A DNA stretch of 15,029 bases, from assembly GCA_000388065.2 (NCBI GenBank), contig KB932215.1; one strand, 5' to 3'. Both the position numbers and the translations under genes were made by a program. The notes under the pieces were generated by a model. It made no database searches. It was not told the origin of the DNA and was given only the letters and a program-made list of their open reading frames with translations. Each line of letters begins with the position of its first letter. Positions within the stretch are counted from its first letter, which is position 1. This stretch comes from Fonticula alba ATCC 38817 (Eukaryota > Protista > Nucleariida). Of this stretch, positions 9,149 to 15,029 are shown piece by piece.

Positions 9149-10715
9149 ACACATATGCATATATGCTTTGGCCTTCGCGTCACTGACTGGCGCGACCAGG
9201 GCCTCGATCGACGGGCCCTGCGCTCGGCCCTTCGAGGGCTCTTCCCCTCGGGCGAGGGCTCCCCGCCGCGCTGCCTGGCCGAGGCCGAGGCGGCCCTGTC
9301 CTTCCATGCCCTCGGCCGGCAGACCCGGCGCGAGGTCCAGGCCTTTGAGGCGCTCCTTGCTCGCCAGGTGCGCACCATGCGCTCTCCCGTCCGCCTCATA
9401 CGGCCATGGGCCCAGCTCCTCCCCCTCCCCTCTCTCTCACACACACACACAAACACACGTCTCGGCTCGCGGGCCCAGCCGCCAGGCGCGGAGGCCGGCC
9501 CGGCTGCCGACGTGTGGCTTTTTGCACGGGCCGTGGCGGCCTGCCTCGCGGCCGCCCCCTCGACCATGCCGCTCGGCTTCGCCCCCTTCGAGGATATGGA
9601 CTCCTCTGCGGAGCACTTCCGCGCCCTGGAAGACATGTACGTGCTGGCACACGCCCCCGGCGCCCATGCATCACCGAGTGGCTGACCGGACGACCGACCA
9701 CCCCAGCTACCGCCGCCAGTCGGCCGCCGATACGGAGCAGCTGCTGGGACACGTGGCCCGGCTGCCGGTCCCGGGCCCGGAGCACGCCGTGTCGGCCATC
9801 CGCGCAGGTGCGTCTGCTGCTTGCCGGAGAGCCTCCTTGCTTGTCCCCCCTCCCCCTCCCTCTCTGTTTCTCCCTCTCCGCCTGCCTGCCTCCTTCCCCC
9901 TTTGCCGATGACCCACTGCCCCGAAGGCCGGCCCATGCTGACCTTCCTGCGGCTGTGCTTTCTGCGTGCCGGCCAGGCGCTGCGTCCTTGGCTCGGGACT
10001 TCCAGCAATTGGCCTTCCGCCGGGTGTTCCTCAGCCAGGCCGGTGCCCTTTCGGATGACTTTCCCCTGCTTGGCTCGAGCCCGGACGCTGTGATGGCCGC
10101 CCTGGATGCCGGCCTTCCCGGGCCGGCGGCTGTCGGCCGGTCGCCGGCCATCCAGGAAGCCGCGCGCGCCGGCGCGTCGGACCCCCGACTCCGGGCCCTT
10201 CTCCTGTGGTATGCCGCGGGCTTGGCTTGCCTGGCTGGCGGCGAGACCCGGCTCGATGGCATGTCGATCTTTCGCCAGGACAGACGCCTGGCGGCTGCCC
10301 TCCGCCTTGTCACGAATGTGGAACTGCGGGAGGTCCTTACGCAGGAGGACCTCCTTGGCCTGCGGGCTGCCCTGGCGGCGGACATCCGATGGCTGTACGT
10401 GACCCATGCCCACATGCATGTCCTCACACGCCCATGCACATATCCCACATACATGGACACATGGACACATGGGCCCACCTGGCGCTTTGGCGCCCCCGAG
10501 CAGCAGCTCACTCCGCACACACGTCTGACACAAAAAAAACACACAGAGCCAACTCCGGCGGCGCTGAAATCCATGTCACCGCGGCCATGACCGCCGGGCT
10601 GGCCGTCCAGGAGCTCATCAAGATCCTCGGGCGCAAGGGCGTCCCCGCCACCGGGACGGTCTTCCTCAATAGCCGGCACCCGTCGATCCTGGCGACCCCG
10701 GCCACCGAGCACTAG
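7742..10715 (+). CDS. NAE1: NEDD8-activating enzyme E1 regulatory subunit (APPBP1/ULA1/AXR1-like, ThiF fold), divergent, spliced
   Basis: Exons 7742-7767, 7894-7997, 8337-8470, 8593-8761, 8835-9070, 9200-9367, 9479-9636, 9707-9807, 9977-10394, 10547-10715 total 1683 nt (560 aa + TAG). Motifs are colinear with recalled human NAE1: MDRFDRQVRIWG (YDRQLRLWG), LLLCGIG (LVLPGIG), EAGAHFF (DAGNNFF), HLRLDDRPP (DLRLDKPF), LPFPLVLA (TPWIVII), VWLFARAV (FWILARAL), FEDMDSSAEHFRALEDIYRRQSAAD ([25 protein letters not shown]), EIHVTAAMTAGLAVQELIKIL ([21 protein letters not shown]). The DLRLD and WxxARA blocks favour NAE1 over SAE1 or UBA1. Confidence 0.88.
8101..8132 (+). repeat. (AC)16 microsatellite, NAE1 intron 2
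   Basis: Direct reading. Confidence 0.95.
8133..8326 (+). repeat. 24-bp minisatellite (GCACACTGATCGACACGCCGACTC consensus, 7-8 copies), NAE1 intron 2
   Basis: Two GCGCGCTRACCCACACGCCGACTY units, five GCACACTGATCGACACGCCGACTC-type units, then a partial unit and GCGCGCTGACCCAC before the acceptor. Confidence 0.92.
9086..9152 (+). repeat. 10-bp CCCATGCTCA tandem followed by (CA)n microsatellite, intronic
   Basis: Units at 9086, 9096 and 9106, then a CA run. Confidence 0.85.
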
Positions 10716-10720
10716 CTCCC

Positions 10721-10721
<1 letters not shown>

Positions 10722-10789
<68 letters not shown>
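10722..10789 (+). repeat. Poly-C homopolymer (68 nt) immediately after the NAE1 stop
   Basis: Direct reading. Confidence 0.9.
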
Positions 10790-10790
<1 letters not shown>

Positions 10791-10840
10791 TCAAAGCACT
10801 CACACTCACCAACACATGACAGCATGGACACGCGCATGCG

Positions 10841-10846
10841 AATAAA
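10841..10846 (+). terminator. Candidate polyadenylation signal AATAAA for NAE1
   Basis: Canonical hexamer about 125 nt downstream of the TAG, in otherwise very GC-rich DNA, within the convergent 373-bp intergenic region. Confidence 0.55.
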
Positions 10847-11088
10847 TGCACATGCATGTATTCGCCGAGGCACATGCATTCGCCCCAAAGGGCGCCAAGG
10901 CCAGGCCGGGAGGAGGGGAGAACGCCATCCACCAGCGCCGGGCGACACCAACCAGCAGTGCCGCCACAGGGGGAGTCCCGCAAGGGAGGGCGCGCCGGGG
11001 GGGGAGGGGGGGGGGACAGGGCCGCGCACACACGAAGCCCCGCCCCGGCTCCCTCAGCCCCCTTCGCCGCCAACAGTGATGCCCACTC

Positions 11089-11103
11089 TCACAGGTCGTC
11101 GCG
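11089..11103 (-). other. C-terminal KDEL-like tetrapeptide RDDL followed by stop
   Basis: The minus strand reads CGC GAC GAC CTG TGA. This is not a strict match to PROSITE [KRHQSA][DENQ]EL, but xDDL is a known retrieval variant (Trypanosoma brucei BiP ends MDDL). Confidence 0.6.
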
Positions 11104-13839
11104 CAGGGAGAACGTCCGGGGCGGGGCTTCCGGCGCCTTGGGCAGGCCCGGCTGCGGGGCTTCCAGATTGTCCGGGTCGGCCTGGAGCTGCTCCAGGCGC
11201 TGGCGCAGCAGCTCGGAGTTCACCCGGAGAAGGAGCTGCTCCGCAGATCGCAAGGTGAAAATGGAGTGCTTCACCATCAGCGCATGGTAGAGGTTCAGGT
11301 CATCGCCGACGGCCGCCTCGGCCAGGTCGGTCTCAATGCGATCCAGCGAGGCATACTCGTCATCGAGATCCGCACGGTACCGGGCCTGGCGCGCGCCGAT
11401 GTAGGAAATCAGGCGCTTGACCACGGCGATCTCATTCTCCACGGAGAGCGGGCGGCCGTCCAGCAGGCGCAGCGTCACCGCATGGGCGTACTCCGTGTCG
11501 GTGAGGGTGCGGTCGCGCTCGTCCGGGGTCATCTCCCACAGGCGGAAGTAGGCCATCAGGGCCGGGTCCTCGGTCGGCATGCCGGTCCAGTCGACGGTGA
11601 ACTCCGAGTACTCATTGGTCGTGGAGGACATGCTCTCCAGGAAGTTGTCCGGGAAGAAGTTGAACACCGGGTGCGTGCGGGCGATGTCGGAGACCGACAT
11701 CTTCGGCATGGGGACCACCACGGTGTCGGCGTGGTTCTGAAGATGCGGGAGGATGCGGGGGGATACGGGGGGGGGGGGGGNNNNNNNNNNNNNNNNNNNN
11801 NNNNNNNNNNNNNNNNNNNNNNNNNNNNNNNNNNNNNNNNNNNNNNNNNNNNNNNNNNNNNNNNNNNNNNNNNNNNNNNNGCACGCACAGAGAGACAAAT
11901 ACACAGGTGCACGCACAGAGAGACAAATACACAGATGCACGCGCGAAGAGACAAATGCGCGGGCGCATGCGCAGAGAGACAAATGCGCGGGCGCATGCGC
12001 AGAGAGACAAATGCGCGGGCGCATGCGCACACACGGATGCACACAAGAGGCGCGCAAGACAGGAAAAGGCACATGCAAGACACACACAAGCAAGCACAAG
12101 AGACAGAACAAGAAAAAAGCAACATCTGTCAGACACACCACACAGGAGGCGGACCAACGGGCGAAAGGCAGAAGCCAGCCACGCACATCCGAAAAGGCGG
12201 TCCCAATCTCCGACATGAGCACCGCATTGGAGTTGGGCTTGCCGTAGTTACGGAAGAGCATCGACCCGGCCGGGATGTCCCGCAGCGCACGGCACTCCAA
12301 CGAGGCCACCGCCGCCAGGACATCCGCCAGGCGGCTGTAGCTGTCCGGGTCCCGGGAGGCGTCCGTAGCCAGCGTCAGCGTGCAGGCCACATTCTCCACG
12401 GCCTCCTCCAGGCCATCCTCCGGCTGGTGGTCCGGGTCGGCCAGCGCCTCGCCCGAGGCCGGAAGCTCCGCCCCGGCGAACGGGTTCGAGGGCTGGAAGA
12501 GCTCCGCCAGGGGGGCCATGAACTTCAGGAGCTGCGCGTCCTCCAGCGGCGAGCGCGACAGGTCAAACTCGAAGAGGTAGTTCCACTGGACCGACAGGGC
12601 CCAGCGGAAGGCATCCCGAGTGAAGAGCTCCGGCTCGATGACTGCAGCACGACAAGAGGCGATGAGGCCCGGTGAGCGAGAGGCAAAAGGCAGAGGAGGG
12701 GACCGGGGAGGCGCAGACGCAACCCCCGGGGGCGAGAGGGGCTGGGCCTGTCGGCGTGCACATGCGTGGCGGGAGAGGCAACAAAGATGAAGAGAGAGGG
12801 GGGGGGGGGAGGGGAACACACCAACCGGCCGGCCGCTGGCCTTGCGCGTCTCCAGGGCCTGGCGGATCTCGGCGAAGTTCTCCGAGATGTGCTTCTCCCG
12901 CGAAAAGAAGTAGTACCAGGCGTCGGTGCCGGTCAGATCGGCCGCCTCCTCAGCCTCGAAGTAGATCGGCGTCCGGAAGATCTCCGGCAGCGAGTGCAGG
13001 AAGTGATACCTGCGGCCGGACCGCATCGGGGCAAGCATGGGCATAGAAGGGGGCGGGGGGGGCGGGGCGCCCAAGAACATGCACTGCTGTCAGCAAACCA
13101 GCGCCGGCGGGAAGGGGCAGACCCCAGGGCGCGGGGTGCCCCGGCAGGCGAAGGAGAGGCAGCATGGCCAGACGCACCACTTGGAGGAGGGGTCGCTGCG
13201 CTGCTGGATGAGGAAGATGGCCACCTGGTCGGTCAGGGTCAGCCGGTGCTCCGGGGTCAGCTTGATGCCGGCCACGAGACTCGGCTCGAAGATGAGCAGC
13301 GCGTCGGCCGGCACGCGCAACAGCAGGGCATCCGCCTGGGGGGGGGGGTGGAGATCCGGAGGGAGGGACAGCGGCCAGGAGGCACGCGCGCGGAGTTATA
13401 GCAGGTCAGCAACCGGAGACTGATGCCCCCTCCGCCAGCGGGCGGAGGGAGGGAGGCAGACCCGACCGCGGGAGCCACGCACCGGGATGTCCCGACGAGA
13501 GGCCAGCGAAATGCCGCCAATGCCGCCCGGGCCGTGGACGTGCAGCGACACATCCGGCCCGAAGAAGGACCGGGCATCCTTGCCATCGTCGGAGACCGAG
13601 GCCGGCGACAGGGATCCCACCCGGACGCCGGACGCTTGCAGCCAGTCGAAGTAGCCCGACAGCCGGAGGAAGCGCCGCTCGACGTCCGCCGACGGCGAGG
13701 CCGAGAAGCCCATCTCCCGCCCGGTGGGGGCCGTGGAGTTGCCGGGCGCGGCGGAGTCCAGCGCCAGCCCGGGCGCGGCGCTCAGCAGGGTGGCCGCCAG
13801 CAAGGCCAGCAGGGCCAAGACCAGCGCGGGAATCCTCAT
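11089..13839 (-). CDS. Secretory-pathway SET-domain protein of the Rubisco LSMT/SETD3 type (SET + LSMT substrate-binding-like domain), probable pseudo-methyltransferase
   Basis: Exons on the minus strand: 13839-13483, 13335-13178, 13009-12822, 12641-12187, 11736-11089, totalling 1806 nt (601 aa + TGA). Start context is GCCACGATG. LSMT-family landmarks appear in order: YFDWLQASGV, GGISLASRRDIP..LLLRVP..ALL, AIFLIQQR..SSKWYHFLHSLP..TPIYF, FTRDAFRWA, MAPLAELF, RALRDIPAG..FRNYG..SN, DNHADTV, LMAYFRL, VENEIAVVKRL. Confidence 0.85.
11781..11880. other. Assembly gap (100 N) inside the last intron of the SET gene
   Basis: N run flanked by poly-G on the left and a minisatellite on the right; true length unknown. 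Confidence 0.98.
11881..12028 (+). repeat. 28-bp minisatellite (GCAYGCRCAGAGAGACAAATRCRCRGGY-like, at least 5 copies)
   Basis: Units start at 11881, 11909, 11937, 11965 and 11993; the array may continue into the gap. Confidence 0.9.
13762..13839 (-). other. Predicted N-terminal signal peptide of the SET-domain protein
   Basis: MRIPALVLALLALLAATLLSAAPGLA has a basic n-region, a long Leu/Ala h-region and a small-residue c-region. Likely cleavage is near A21/A22 or A26. It is followed by an N-S-T sequon at residue 34. Confidence 0.8.
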
Positions 13840-14062
13840 CGTGGCGGGGGATATTCCAGGCGAGGGGAGAACGGGGCGTGGCACGAAAAAGAAGCGGAGA
13901 GGGGGGAGGGGAGGGGAAAGGTGTTGTCGGGGAGGGAAGCGAAGGGCCGTGTCCTGTGCAGGCCCGGCGGCCTCCCCGGAGGGGGGGATATCTTTTTTGC
14001 CGGGCGGCCTCCCCCCCCCCCGCAAACATCCGCGAAAGAGAAACAAACACGGCTGGGGGGGA

Positions 14063-14089
14063 CCCGCCCGATTGTCGGCCGGGCATTGG
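14063..14089 (-). promoter_or_regulatory. Candidate promoter elements of the SET gene (CCAAT box and GC box)
   Basis: ATTGG at 14085-14089 (CCAAT on the minus strand) and CCGCCC at 14064-14069, about 230-250 nt upstream of the ATG. These are short motifs that could occur by chance. Confidence 0.25.
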
Positions 14090-15029
14090 TCGGAACACCG
14101 GATATCCCCCGCGTACTGGCCGACCGCCGGGCCCGTTGCGTGCGTGTGTGCGCGCGCGCACGCACCACACACGCGCATGCCCCCGCTGGCCGGCGATCGC
14201 CCCGGACCGGCGGCAAGGCAGCGCGCGGCGGCCCCAGCCGAGATCCACCCTCTCGGCGGGGGGTCGCCGGCCGTGATGCGCGCCATTGTTTGTCGGTGGG
14301 GGCGGGGCGCCCGAGCGGCGCGGGGCACCCCCCCCCCCCTTGGCCGCACAACGGGGCTGGCTGCACCGCGAAGTGCCCTTGGTGTCACGTGCCGTGTGTC
14401 ACGCCCATGCGCGCGCTCCACGGAGGCTCGTCTCTCCTCGCCTGCCCGTCCCGGCGCCCGGGGCGCGGGGAAACTCGCGCCCACCCGAGTGCCGGGCATG
14501 CGCCTTCCTTTTGGCCGCGCCTCCCCGGGGCCGGGCGGGGCGATCGTCCGACGCACGGGAACGTGGGAACGCGGCCGCACGCACGGACGCCCGCCCGCGC
14601 GCGCGCGAGACCGCGCCCAGGCCAGGGGTGTTCCCCGGCGCAAACACCCAAAAGCGGCCCGGGACGCCCCCCGGCCCAGGTGTTAATCGGCCAGCGGTGT
14701 CTCCCCGGCGACTGCTCCTGCGGGGACGTGAGACCTCCCCCCCCCCAGGCTGGCCGCCAGCTCCCTCCAGCCGAGCGGCGCGCCGGCCCCCCTCCCCCGC
14801 GAGCCCGCTCCGGGCGGCGGACGTTGGCAGTCCGAGGCCCGGCTCCGGGAACAGCCCCCGATCGCGCCTTCCCGCTTCGGTACGAAGGTCCCCCCCTGCC
14901 CCCCATCGCCTGGCCGGGCCGAGGGTCGTGCCAGGACCCCCCCCCCCCCCCCGGCGGGGGCTGTCGCGCCGAGTTCGAGGGGGAACAGGAAGGACGGGTG
15001 GAATGCCCGATCGCGGCCGCCCCCGGCCG

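Noticed and set aside
10480-10506. WRFGAPEQ in the last NAE1 intron, echoing the family RYGAAE/RFGASE motif
   Set aside because: No acceptor AG upstream within the intron, retention would lose the conserved C-terminus, and the spliced form supplies GGAEIH. Treated as coincidence.
7742-10715. Calling gene 2 SAE1/AOS1 or a UBA1 fragment
   Set aside because: Its 560-aa length and the LRLD, PxxxVLA and WLFARA..EDM blocks fit the NAE1 insertion domain, which SAE1 lacks.
573-13482. Apparent excess of 3n-length introns
   Set aside because: About 11 of 23 versus about 8 expected; too small a sample, and most contain in-frame stops.
14071-14089. ER-stress element (ERSE, CCAAT-N9-CCACG)
   Set aside because: The minus strand reads CCAAT-N9-ACAAT; the right half matches only 2 of 5 positions.
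13840-14643. In-frame upstream extension of SET exon 1 (ORF 13396..14643)
   Set aside because: R/P/G-rich non-coding-like composition; the ATG at 13839 has strong Kozak context and directly starts the signal peptide.
14865-14900. Possible tRNA or ncRNA around the TTCGGTACGAA hairpin
   Set aside because: No cloverleaf or A/B boxes could be built; a single short stem is insufficient.

Overview
GC-rich, intron-rich eukaryotic DNA, probably a unicellular eukaryote. The GC content, GTRYGY..CAG introns and microsatellite-filled introns suggest a Fonticula-like protist, but this is inference only. Three spliced genes, which I assembled by hand, explain the window. (1) A 5'-truncated listerin/LTN1 ribosome-quality-control E3 ligase (+, <1..7422; HEAT/ARM region, RWD, RING-CH). 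(2) A strongly diverged NEDD8-activating enzyme E1 regulatory subunit, NAE1/APPBP1/ULA1 (+, 7742..10715, 10 exons, 560 aa). (3) A convergent 601-aa Rubisco-LSMT/SETD3-type SET-domain protein (-, 13839..11089, 5 exons). Gene 3 is the most unusual element: it has a cleavable-looking signal peptide, an N-glycosylation sequon, a C-terminal KDEL-like RDDL and degenerate SAM-binding motifs, making it a candidate ER-lumenal pseudo-methyltransferase. Most long introns carry their own tandem repeat (periods 1 to 28 bp). A 100-N assembly gap lies in the last SET-gene intron. Most ORFs in the supplied track are GC-rich shadows or intron read-throughs.
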